From positions 682,001-746,000 of the forward strand of contig NEEC01000018.1 in the NCBI GenBank assembly GCA_002189035.1: DNA of 64,000 nucleotides, written 5' to 3'. Below the pieces are notes generated by a model that searched no databases, had not been told where the DNA came from, and was given only the letters and a program-made list of their open reading frames with translations. Origin of the DNA: Utricularia gibba (taxonomy: Eukaryota; Plantae; Magnoliophyta). Below are positions 14,301-26,642 of the stretch, in pieces (the stretch's first letter is position 1; each line of letters starts with the position of its first letter). Both the position numbers and the translations under genes were made by a program.

Positions 14301-16442
14301 AAAATACACGAACGAGCTCTATCTACAATATAACCTTCAACTCAAACCTGTTAACCTTTTTTTATTAGGCATGTCACCAATTTCGAATGAGATTGGACAC
14401 CATCAGCTTTTCATCTTCTCGTTCATCCCTCTAGATGGCAAATCAAATTGGGTTGGCATAAAACAACAAGCATAAGGAACCTGTAGATTACGAACAACAA
14501 AACAAAAATAAATGTTGACCTAAGAAGATCTAGGCATATTGATTTGAATGCATCACCGCCTTCAAATCTCGATCATAATGATCAACTACTAGTCCATACC
14601 TCCCAGCTTTTGGTGAATGACTTCATCTTAGTGCGATCTTCTAGACGAGATAGTAATCTATTATCTATGGATTTCCATCCCTGGTCTTTTTCCAGTTTTC
14701 GACATTCTTCATCACCAGCAACATCCATCTAGCCTTCATATGCCCCTAATCGAAATTCAATATCACACCTCCATCCATATGATTTTACATCAAGCTGCAA
14801 GGTACAATCAAACAAGCAAAAGGGGAAATTAGCTAATTGGGAAAAAGCAATGGTAAATAAAAGTGTACCCTCCAAGAAAAAATGAAGCAATATTATTATT
14901 AATATACCAATTTTATAAATATTGTTTGCAAAGAACCAATTTTTTTAAAGTTTTCATTTTTTCCATATTTCAAAGTTATAAAAATAGTATAATTAAAATC
15001 CAATATTGAATAATACATCCCTTTTAATAAAATTTATAAATTGAAAAATATATATTTATAAACAAAAATTATTAATATATAGAAATTTAAACTCAATAAT
15101 AGAATAATAAAATCAAAAATATTTTCAAAAATAATTAAAACCCAATTATGAATGCTATCCGACTACATATAGTTTATAATAAAAAATGATAATTATATTT
15201 AAATTTTAATATAGTACAATGATATGTTTTTTATATGATATTTGATAATATAAAAATATTTGATAAGAAAAACATTATTTGCAAAACATGTATTTTTGCA
15301 AATGAATATGTCTCACACGTGTAAATATATTTTAATTATGCTGACAAGTCTATTTTATAAATATAGCCGGTATATGTATAAAACATGATGATTTGAAAAG
15401 TTGCAAACATAATTAATACCTAATAATGAATGATGCACCCTATTTCGTAGGATCATATAACCGAAAAAATTTACAAATATAATTAAAACCTAATAATGAA
15501 CATTGCATTCCATCCCGTAAAAGCATAAGACCAAAAAATTTATAAGCTAATAAATAATGATATATAAAATGAACAACTCATAAATAAAACATTACTAAAA
15601 ATCTAATACTGATCATTCGATTGAATTTATAACACAAAGCTTTTTAAGTAAATAAATAAATAATTTTTAAATAACATTATGCATTGAAAAATATTAGTGT
15701 GATTCATTTATAAACAACAATACACATTTTTATAACAATAATTTTTATAACAATATGCATTTTTAAACAACAATTTTTTAAGTTAAAAAATAAAAAAAAT
15801 TTAGGATTTGGAAATATGTATATAATATAAGAGATTCATTTATTTTTATCAAAAAGTTTATTTTAAAATATATTTCAATTTGATCATTGTGTTATTTGGT
15901 GTGATTGAAAAAAATGATGATTTATTTTTGGTAATGGTTTTCATATTCTCTTTTATATATAAAATTTAATGTGCAAAGTATTTTTAATGTAATTTTTTTA
16001 TTAAATATATAAAATATTTCAGTATTTATATTCATATTAATGAAAATACACCTTACATTTATTATTAAAAATTAATATATTCATTATATTATTAAAATTT
16101 AATATTTTAATTGATATTAATAATATTTAATATACTTTTTAAAGTTATAATATTTTGTTATTAATTTGGATTTGGACCAATCAAACTTGGGTTTTGAGCT
16201 AGATCAGCTCCATTCCAATCTAGTTTGAAATACCGATTTCAAAACAAGTTGTGAAAGATGATCGACGTATGAGAATACAGGGCGTATAGACTGTGATTGC
16301 ATTGGGCTTTGGGAGATCCACTCTTAATTTGCTGATAAGTATGCACAAACCATACAACACATGTATTTTACAAAGTATTTCACAAACATGGGTATTTTGC
16401 CAATTATTTTTTAAAAAATCTGTATTGTACTAATTTTTTTGA
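11318..16442 (+). mobile_element. Mutator-like DNA transposon (MULE) with degenerate MuDR transposase (~13100-14200)
   Basis: Transposase fragments YKSDKYQYEVIC...WKITNLIASTH and IFWAFDFSIKAFMHC...LLVAVAIDASNHVVPLGYAFVHVENTEDWIWF. Flanked by the 9-bp direct repeat AAAAAAATG (11309-11317 and 16444-16452). Symmetric inverted subterminal match: 11388-11407 against the reverse complement of 16350-16369 is 19/20, each about 70 bp from its end. Confidence 0.9.
15411..15550. repeat. Degenerate tandem duplication of a ~70-bp unit inside the MULE
   Basis: The pattern AATTAA.ACCTAATAATGAA...GCA..C..T..CGTA...CATA..ACC.AAAAA(A)TTTA occurs at 15411 and again at 15481. Confidence 0.6.
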
Positions 16443-19012
16443 AAAAAAAATGTCTATGAGAGAAGGAATAGCATCCAATAAAGTAAAACTGTAAATTTGG
16501 GGATTTTTTTATGAATATTCAGAAAATAAAGACTAAAAATGTAATCTTGTAAATATATTCAAATAGTGGCTACATCCAAAATGAAGATTCAAAAAGTGCG
16601 ATTGGTTATATGTGTTACTCAATAATTATCTCATTGCATGATACATTAAAAAACCATTTATAATAATACAATTCACAATAGAATCAAAAGAAACCAATAC
16701 CTCTATATGTAGATAACCGGGCCACAATTGCTATTGCAAAAGACATTTTGAAAAAGAAAAACACATTTGGATTAAATATCACATGATGTGGGAGTATTTG
16801 ACTCATCTTTGCAGAGATTGTAAAACAAAGATCAGATGCTTTCGAGAAAATCAGAGCTTTAGATATTCAAAAATGAGACTAGGTTGATAGATTTGAAAGA
16901 ATTCAATCAAAGCACAGAATGACGATAAGGGGAATGAAGGAGATGGTACTCTAATCTATGAAGGAGATGAGAAGACTAATATATAAGTTTATGTTGTCTC
17001 ATCTTAGTAATTATTATCTTGTAGGCTTTAGATAGATGGATAACTCGATAATGTAATATGAATACCTTAATACTTATATAAATAAAAAAATGCATACCAA
17101 TGATAAAACAATACGATAATATTATGAAGATTGAATTAAAATATCATGTTCTTTAATGTTATTATCCTTTTCTATTTTCAATTTTCTACAAACCACACAA
17201 TACCATGTGACATCCCTCGTTTTTAACACACTCATGTTTATAGATAAAACCCAGCTACTCAACATGCGCTAGTACAAAAAATTGAACCCCGCGTCGCGGT
17301 GATTCAGTTCCAGGAGAACCCGAGGAATGCGCACTTTGTGCTTGACGATGTGACATGCCGCAAAGGACGGACCATTTTTTTCCAGAGCAGGGAGATGCCT
17401 TGCCCATTCACATACTAGTGCTTCATCCCCATGTTTTTAATAAAAATAATAATGTTGATAATTATATATATACACACATATATGTATACAAAAGTAAAAG
17501 AAGAATAGCATTTCAAATATGTAGTAAGGCTTGGGAGCGGGACAGCCGATATGCAACACACAATTAAAATAAATAGCTGCTAACACATCAACATTAGTTC
17601 GATGCTTTGATGTGCGACCTCCCGAAAGAAAAGGATAAAAGAGCAAAAGCAACTTAGTGAAAGGGCAGAGAAAGGAATTACCTTTTATTTTATTTTCCGG
17701 ATAAAAGTCGGTTGCTAAAGGTGGGGACCCACAATCGGTTCTTCCTAAAGAGCATCTCAAAAACGAGTCTTGACGCCCACCCCCGAGTTCGAGGATTAGG
17801 GATGTATTTGTAATGTTCTATTAGCAAATAATTAATTTATCAAAATAAATATATTCCTCAGATAAAGTAAAGCTAAAGGGCATATTTGACACCTTTTTAG
17901 ATTGCATTTTGTATGTGACAGTTCATTTCCTTGTATGTATACACTTTCGCTTTATTCAATAAGATCAATACTTTGCAATCTCTTTTTGTGGCATATCTAG
18001 CCTCCTCTTGCAAGCAAGCACACGGATGGTCTTATCCATTCGTGTATGTAAACAAGAGTTTATTTAATATGATAATAATAAGATGTTTGACAATACACTA
18101 TACAAGACTAATATTTAAATTTATATATAAATCATCATTTAATTAACTAACATATATATATTAGTAGTACATAAATATATCATTCATATATTTATTTTTT
18201 GAAAATATAGATAATATATATCAATAAATAGGTAATCAATTATATTTATACTTATATTTTTGAATATTAAACATTATAAATAATTATATATATATATATT
18301 TATTTATTTATTTAATTATACTATATTTAAACATAATAATATCCTACTATCAAATAGCTACTTAATTTCATAATTCAAAATACAATACTGCTTTTCTTAT
18401 TCTAAAAGGATTTTGACTCAGTTATTAATTTTATTTGAGTAGTAATATTCTATATGACATTAGGTACGTTGCTATCGAGTAAATGAATAGGTGTGAATTT
18501 CCGTAGGCCAAAAAAGTCAGATAAAATTGAATGGAATAAAATAGGCGTCTTTTCGCTTTATGGTTACTTTAGTCCCTGTGATCCGATATCCCTCCCTCCT
18601 TTTCCATGTGACGCCAACCCTCCCCGCCGTCGCGCTCGCCGGTGGAGCTTGCGGAGTGGTCCATATCCCTTTGCCTTAGCACTCACCGCTAAGGCAACAA
18701 TTAGAAGCGCACACTCACTCACAACTCACACACGACATTTTCAATTCACTAACTGTTTCCATACATTTTGATCACAAATAATTTATAGTCCCATACATAT
18801 CCGTGTTGCTTAACTTACAAGTACAAAATTGGGGGCGTTTTGGGTAATTGAAAAGTGGAGACGGCTACGCCACTGTAGATAGGATCATAGGAGCAGGTAA
18901 AGCCCAACAGCAGCAGATAACGATTGTGTTGTGGATAAGGGTACACCGCCTTAGCTATATCCACAGCATACGATCTCTGTTCCGTTGATTTCGCAGAGGC
19001 GGCCGCCGTTGT

Positions 19013-19567
19013 CTATGGCAGGAAGTGAATTACATGATTTTCTCGCCTCGCCGGCGCCAGATCAGCGGCGGAGCAGGGGACGGGCGGCGATTTACCGCAA
19101 TGGAGGCATCGCCTCGGCGTCTCCAGGATCTGTCGGCAAGAAGGGCATGACGAGTGTGATCCCAGCCAAGTATCGATGCAAATCACGTGAAACCCGTGTC
19201 CACACTGCGGAAGCACCCGCACCTCGTCCCCGGCGGCGAAATCGGTCAAGCAAATCGGGCAATTGGAGAGCTTCTCCGCCTCCGCGGTACCTTCCGCGAA
19301 GGTCGATTTCGGGAGAGAGTTCAGAACGTTCTTCTTCAGTCCTTTGTTCGCGGCGGCGGGAAGCGGAGGCGGCTGCGACTCCGATCGTCTGCCGGTGAGG
19401 CGGCGGATCCAAGCGCAGCGGGAGACGACTAACAGCCCTAGCACGCAGATAATTGCACAGCAGAAGGCGGTGACCAGGACGAGGAAGTCGGAGTTCATGT
19501 TGTGTGTCGCCGGAGAGTCCGATTGCTGAGGCGGCGCAGCGGCCCCTGAGAGAAGGCGGCGGTCCAT
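19013..19567 (-). CDS. ATL: ATL-family RING-H2 E3 ubiquitin ligase (ATL8/ATL80-like), single exon, 184 aa
   Basis: N-terminal transmembrane helix (FLVLVTAFCCAIICVLGLLVV), a GLKK motif, and RING-H2 CPICLTDF...RVLPQCGHGFHVICIDTWLGSHSSCPSCR. Confidence 0.96.
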   Translation of the reverse strand: MDRRLLSGAAAPPQQSDSPATHNMNSDFLVLVTAFCCAIICVLGLLVVSRCAWIRRLTGRRSESQPPPLPAAANKGLKKNVLNSLPKSTFAEGTAEAEKLSNCPICLTDFAAGDEVRVLPQCGHGFHVICIDTWLGSHSSCPSCRQILETPRRCLHCGKSPPVPCSAADLAPARRENHVIHFLP

Positions 19568-19649
19568 TGGATCAGCAGAGGAGGTGTGAAATGGTGGAAG
19601 AAAGAGAAGCGGCGCGAGTGAGCTCTGTCAAAAGGGGCGTTGAATTCTG

Positions 19650-19770
19650 TGAATTTATAGGCGCGGTGTGTAAATCTTTGACACGTTCAACTGCCACGTG
19701 TTCACATTGCAGCCGACGTGTAGTGGATTTATTTTAATCATTTTCTGGTAGCGTGTCTGCGTGTTCCATG
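19650..19770 (-). promoter_or_regulatory. Proximal promoter of the ATL gene: TATA, G-box/ABRE and DRE/CRT-like motifs
   Basis: CTATAAA on the minus strand (19654-19660), GCCACGTG (19693-19700), ACACGT (19681), and GCCGAC (19712-19717), all within ~150 bp upstream of the ATG. Confidence 0.55.
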
Positions 19771-21536
19771 TACGCCAATAAATACCCAGTAATTCATTGC
19801 TATAAGAATAAGAATATTAATAAATGTTGGCCAATTAATTGTTTTTATTACATAATTTACCAACCCACAAAATATATATTATTTTCAAAAAATAAAAAAA
19901 TACCCACATTTAATTAAAATACTCACTACTGCACACCATTGGGCCCCACAGAAACGAATTATAAGAAAAGATCTCCCACAGCCAAATTCCAACGATGGCC
20001 ACGATGTCTGCACGTTAAATAACATATATTGATATTTTTTATTAAGTTAATATTTGATTTAAGTAAATTGATATTTATCATATGAATGATTTATTAAGAT
20101 ATTTTTCTTATTTATTTCTTAATTTATAATGAATTTACAATGAATTACACATTTGTTTATTACTTGGGTTTAAAGCATAATTTAAAGTAAAATCGTACCT
20201 TTTCTATTCTAAAAAATTCATTTATAAATTTCATTTTATCAAACACACAATAATTAATATTTTTTAAATAATATGCACTATAAAGTACATTCAATTTTTT
20301 TAAACTTTTTTTTATTTTTGTTTAAAATAACCTTATCCACATTTATATTAAATAAATTAAAACTTTACCTTGTTTGGTAGTACATTAAACGCTACTTTGT
20401 ATTAAAAGACATATTAATCAATGTTTGGTGAGAAAGTGATATTTAATAAAATGAATTAGATATTTAAATAATTTTATTCGAAGGTATAATGGTTTTTTAT
20501 AAAAAATTACACTATACCCATTCTGATTACGTTATATATAACATTATCTTTTTTCAATTGCTTATAGGAAATGTTTTTTTATATATAGCAAATCTTTCTC
20601 TAAATAATAATGATACACGATATACTAATATTTTTTCAATCAATTATTTTTATGTACATTAATATAATCTATATTTAGTATGGAACGCTTTATCAAACAA
20701 ATTCACACAATATAATATCAATTTTCATGAACCGTTGGCGTACTGTTGATGCGACACAGTGTAAGCACGCGTTGACTCGTTGTACACGCTTTTAGTGTTA
20801 TGAATCATTGGGCGCCGCGGGGGATGGTTTGACCTAACGCGATATGCCAACACTCCAGTTTCCCATGTCTACTACTTGCAAAAGAATAATATTTGTGATT
20901 GGATTATTCCTCAGAATATAACTTTTTGATTTTTCTTTGTTGACTTCTTTAAGAGAAGTGGAGGTGGATAGTGGGAGATGAATATCGCACTTACATGGGA
21001 AGTTCAAATTTAATGGTTATATTATTATTTACTAGGTATGACTAAAAAAAATGAAAATTTTAATATGAAATTGTTGATTCAAAATTTATTTGAATAATAT
21101 GGAAGTGTTCTGTATTTTTGAATCGATCTCCAAATTATATTGAATAAAATCAATTTTGAGATAATATTAATAGAATTAATCTAATATTATAAAATTATTT
21201 TATAACTTAATATAAAATTTCATATATAATTTAATACTATAAAAATTAATAGATTTTTGAAATATATAGAAATTGAATAATATAATTTTTTAATTAATAT
21301 ACTATTTAATAATTTAAAATATAAATTTATAAAGTTTAAATTTGCTGATTTTATTATAGAGTAATTAAAAATTAGAATTTTTTAAAATTAAAATACTCTG
21401 ATACTACTCCCAAGTTCTACATTGCCCGCTCAAAATTAAGGGGAATACAATTACACCTAATTAAATATACACAAAAACTACGCGCTATGATTGAGGGTGA
21501 AATGGTGGTATACCTGATTTAGATTTTTCTTTTTCT

Positions 21537-24047
21537 TTATATTCTTTCGACGGGGTTTTCCGGTTGCGGAAGACCTTCCGGGAACTCTGCTACTGATTTC
21601 TGTGGCGGTGCCGCTCCTTCCTTCTTCTTCCGCACATTCTTGTGCCAGATCACCAGTGCTTTCGATGTTTCTTCATCAAAGATCGCGCGCTTCATGTGCG
21701 ATCCCATCTGCAAGATTCTCTTCAGTTTTTTCAGCCGAGGTCGCGGCATTTGGCTTGTGAGTGAACTGTGTCGTACCTGTGTGACGAGGGCGTAGAGAGG
21801 AAGCGTTATGTAACTGCACAGGAACTGAATTCCGATCCTGAAAGGAAGACATTTCGATTTTAGATCTGCGAAATCGCCTCTGGTTATTGTACGGGAAATC
21901 TCACCCGATGCCGACTCGGATTACTGTGAGGACGAAGTAGCTGTGGAAGCACGAGTTCACGCCGAACTCATACTGCCAAACCACACTTCTTCAGGCGATG
22001 ATGAAACGGGAAATCAGAAGAGGAGACGGAGGCAGAAGGTAAACGTACCGTGATCCAGATTGAATACGTTATCTCGAAGGCATTCTGAAAAAATAAAAGA
22101 TCCACTTTGACCCGGGTTTCTAGCAAACAGGAATTGGGAAGATGAAGGCAGAATTGGAACCTGAAATAGCGTCAAATGAATGAGGCGAAGGACGAGTTCC
22201 GGTTGGTTGAACCAGAAATGTTGGTCGGAGAGCTGGACTAAGGGGATCCCTTGAATCACAGAGTGCTTTTCCTGGATTTCGAGGGCCATTTGAGTTATGA
22301 TGGATTGCAGCTTTGTTCCAACTGCTAAGGTCACCTTCAAAACCAAAAAACTTTTACCTGTTTCGTTTGTGGACATTAAAGTATTGGAAATTTCTCATCT
22401 TACCACCAATGGCATTATTGAAAGCCAATTCAGAGCTTGCCATCCTGAAATTGTGTGAGGGATTCAGTGGTATGAACAAGTGAAGTTGGGTTCAGTAGGA
22501 AGACGATCACACGTACCTTTTACATTCAGGAGAAGATACACCACTGCATTTGTCCATAGCAATGGCCTGGTAAACTCTTATAGTGATTACTTATGTATTT
22601 GAGACAACAAACACCTGAGTTCATATGTTTCGGTCAAGGAACAAGCTCACACGAGATTCCAACTATGAGTTTGAAATCATCTTGTAGTGACCTCTTGATG
22701 TACTTTTGAAAGTTGAATTTGGTTCCTGGGGCAAGGTGAACCTATAGAGAAGAAACTCATTGATATATTATCTTGTTTTTTCAGTATGTAGAGTGCTTGT
22801 CTGTATGGTATGGTCAACTGACTCACAGAGACGAATGCATGTCGGAGAGTTGCGTAGTCTGCAGGTTGAACTGATCGGAAAATATGGCGGAAGAAGCAGT
22901 TCTGATAATACAACAGCAACATGTAAGGCATCTCACTTCATATCTGAGATGTAATTTACTTGTTGAAATGCAAAGTGCAAGTGTGAATCTCGATTTCCTA
23001 ATCTTACAGCATAGAAAAGAACTGCAATTCGGTAAGTGAAGGAGCAGGTGTTCATCTGGCCTTTCACAAAACTTGTCTCATGTGTAAGGCGGTACGTTGA
23101 TGAATCTGAGGTTCACAAAGATCAGAAATGAGCAATGAGGAGAGACATGGTGGATGTTTTGGTTCAGGGAAACAACAACTTACCACTGATTGCATCTGCT
23201 TCATTCACAATCTCCTTTTCCCAGACTTTCCATTTTCGTATCTGAGGAGATTAAGGGAGGATGAAGCCTTATAAGGACATGCCAAGCATCCTCACATGGG
23301 ATTCAGACAATTTCGACAAAATCAATACCTTCTGTCGTGCAAGAATCATCACCGTGACACTGTAGATGACATGGAAAAGTGCCAAGAAGAATATGAATAT
23401 ATGAATCTGATGGAGCCCGTGAGCCGATATAAGAGACACATAGCCCTATATCGTTAGCAGAAAGGTTAGCATTTCCCATAGTTGATTGACAACAAAAGGA
23501 AGTGGTGGCTGGTATCATTGGTACATTTAGGCATCCTTTTGATGGGCTATCCATGGCCAGGAGCCTCCGGTGAGGATGATCACCGGCCTCCAAGGAGCCG
23601 GAATCTCTGTACTCGCAGGGAAGCATTGTGTTGCCAACTCTTTCAGGGATGCATATTCGAGTGATGTAGTTCTGGCCGAACGTCAGAATCAAAGAAATGA
23701 ACCCGAGAATCATAAGCTCTGCATACAAGTTTGCCAAGAAACACAGCAGCTGTAAGATGAGTACAAAGCCGCGAAGGAAACAGAAAAACCTACCAGCTTT
23801 GACCTTCTCAAGAGCATCGAGCAAAGCATTCTTCTTCCTCCTTTTGAATGTCTGCGAAAACCATGGTGCTGAAAGGATTGCTGCAAAAGGAGAACGAATG
23901 AAATGCTGATAACCGTACCTCGCCAACTTTATGAAGGGTTTCCTCCAGCAGTATCGAGATGATGATTATGATGCCGCAAACCAACGACACCGCCCATGTG
24001 GGCGTCTGGTCGAGCTCCCTTATGCCGTTTCCTTCATCACCACCCAT
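21537..24047 (-). CDS. MLO: MLO family membrane protein, 15 exons, 472 aa, resembling Arabidopsis clade III (MLO5/7/8/9/10)
   Basis: Exons 24047-23919, 23851-23794, 23718-23525, 23445-23329, 23241-23184, 23105-23008, 22901-22827, 22741-22653, 22566-22517, 22444-22404, 22334-22161, 22084-22049, 21972-21905, 21837-21777, 21707-21537 join in frame (1419 nt). Motifs include [57 protein letters not shown] and the C-terminal CaM-binding [13 protein letters not shown]. Confidence 0.96.
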
Positions 24048-26642
24048 CGCCTCCCCCTCCCTCTCCTCCTCCTCCTGGATGATATATCTATCAGGGAGAG
24101 AGAGGTAGAAATGAGAGGAATGGAAAACAAGGGAAATGCAAAGGACGGAACTACAGCCGTGGATTCAAAACAACAGAAACTCTCATGGACTTTTGGTATT
24201 TCTGAAACTGGGCTCTTTTTTGAATTCGTGTTCTTGGGAAAACGAAGTTCCCTTTTTTCGAGGTGATATGTTAATGGCAAATGAACGTGTGGACATGGAG
24301 ATTAGACTATTACCATGGCGGGTGGATATGTGTTTGTCTTTTTGAAGGGTCGAAAGAATAAAATATAAATTGAGTTGTTGTAAAGTATTTAAAAAAATAA
24401 AAAAGAAAGAAAGAAATTGAAAACTATAGAAATTTTCATTCATCGTCATTCATCGCCACCTTAAATATTAATTTTTAAAAAAATTGAAAAATGATTGATG
24501 TAACCTAAAACCCACCCACTTCAGGATACAAATGATTGTTTTTGTAAGGATTGTAAAAATAAATGGACCATTGTTGTTGACCTGGACAATTAATTTCATT
24601 ATAAATAGTAATACTAATGATGATGGCATGCATTCATGAAAATAAAGAGAATAAATGGATATTAGCCCTAGCGGTGAATTTTTGTTTGGAATACGGAATA
24701 TTGTAGCGATTCTTTTATTATTTTGTATTTGATATTCGATATTCATGATTTAAAATGATATTTAATCTTATAAATTTTCGATTTGATTTCTGTTGGGGAT
24801 TAAAAATTTGGTATATGTAAAATATTAGAATTTGATCTTTTAAGCTTGAGATTTATTTCTTTATGTTTCGATATTCAGGTTGATTTTTGTAAGCTCTAAT
24901 CCTATGTAAATCTATGAAAGAGTCGAAGTAATAAAGCAACTATTTTCAAAAGGAATTTTTTATTTTTAATATTAATAAACAAAATAAAATTACACAAGCT
25001 ATATAAACAAAATAAAAAAAGCTAATTTCAAAAGAATTTCCAAACAAATTAAAACAAGGCTAGAAATAAGATTCAACAAAAGATAAATAGTTTGGTTTAA
25101 AATCACTGAGAATATTGGACGTAGATCTAAACTCTATTAATATTCTTTATATTTCGAAGTCCTCGTATATACAATTAAATCTCGACTGATTATTGTTTGT
25201 ACAAGTTTTGAAATTGTTATATTAAAAAATGCTATTTTTTGTTATCTATATAGTGTCGTCCTGATTAACTTAATATGCATTTTGGTTTTTCTTCAAGTTC
25301 AAATTCATGCACTTCCAATCTAATATTTTGTTGGACCTCAATTCATTTCTAAATTAGGTAAAATATTCTGAAATTTCATATAACACAATTATTTTTGAAA
25401 AAAAAATTAATTAGTGTAAAAATATAAATTCTACTAAATATCAAAGAGAAATATAAAATATGAAAGAAATAACCCTCAAGACCATAAAAAATGTATAAAA
25501 TAACACAAAATTGCTTATCAAATTAGAATCTCATTTTAGTTTTCTAATCATCAACATCTTTTTCGATCCTTTCTTATTTTTTCTTGTTTCTTCATTTGGA
25601 TAGTTCATTTTGCTTTTTTTTTTTCTATTTTTTTACTTAGAAGAGACAATATGAAAATGTCAATCATATGAATCACAATAACGTTGTTCCATATGTTATA
25701 CATTGATACTCCATAAATTTTAATCTATGTCATAACTAAACACCAACAATTCATGTATATCACACATTTCCACTATTTGAACAGCTTAAAGCATATATGC
25801 ATTTCATCAACATAATCATGACGATTGCTTTGCATTTTTTGGACAAATTAGCTCATGGAGAAAGAAGGAAAAGTTAGATTTCTTATTTTTATGCATGATG
25901 TTGTTTCTTATTTTATCATACAATATTTATATTGGAGTAATGCTTTTGAAATTGTTGTTCTTAATTATACATTAATGTTTTTTTATTTATGTATTTAGCA
26001 TTACAACCGAAATTCCAATATTATTTCTATATTTTAGGATTAGCGTCAAATAAAAATTGTGTTGAATTTATGCGAAATTTTTTATTTAATATTTTTATAT
26101 TCAGATATAACCCACACCTGTTAAAAAGTAGTGTGGAATGAGTAATTATTTAAAAATAGATACCAAATGAAAAATGAAATTAAATTTGATTTAACGGTTA
26201 TTTATAAATAAGATGAGATTTTATTTAGAGGATTTAATTTTAAATAATAAATTTATATAAATATGATGGTATTTGAGTTATTTTACTAAAAAATTTAAAA
26301 GATAGAGGATTTTTCATAATATTGAAAACCTGATGAAATCACCAAAATTCATTTTATGATAATTCAAATTCCAACACGATATATTTCAAACTACAACTGC
26401 ATAATAAACAAGATATTTCATTTTCTGTAATTTTAAATACCTTTAATTATATTTGGACACAGATCAAGCATGTTTTATACAATTTTCGCCAAATGAAAAA
26501 TAATAGTATTTCGTATGGCGTCTACGCGCGTGAAATCACGCGTCCGTATACATGATATAATTTTATTCGAAACCAAAAGACAAAAAAAAAAAAAAGGGAA
26601 ACCAATAAGGGGAACACTACTTCCCTGAGACCAAAGCACAGG

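Larger units (their letters stand above)
11168..17232 (+). repeat. Second, split copy of the 8.75-9.69 kb segment (parts 11168-11317 and 16443-17232), interrupted by the MULE
   Basis: 11184-11317 aligns by eye to 8754-8887 (GAAGCCAAA..ATGAAG..TCTAATTATGATGA.AAAGTTAAGAGAATGTCATT). 16443-17232 aligns to 8880-9689, including the 3' LTR and the non-LTR flank AACC.CACAATACCATGTGA..CATCCCTCGTTTTTAACACACT. Confidence 0.88.

Noticed and set aside
17740-17805. GAGTTCGAG resembling a Pol III B-box (tRNA or SINE)
   Set aside because: No A-box at suitable spacing, no cloverleaf and no poly-A tail with TSD.
18985-19737. Several overlapping ORFs (137, 106, 81, 88 and 77 aa) around the ATL gene
   Set aside because: These are antisense or alternate-frame shadows of a GC-rich coding exon.
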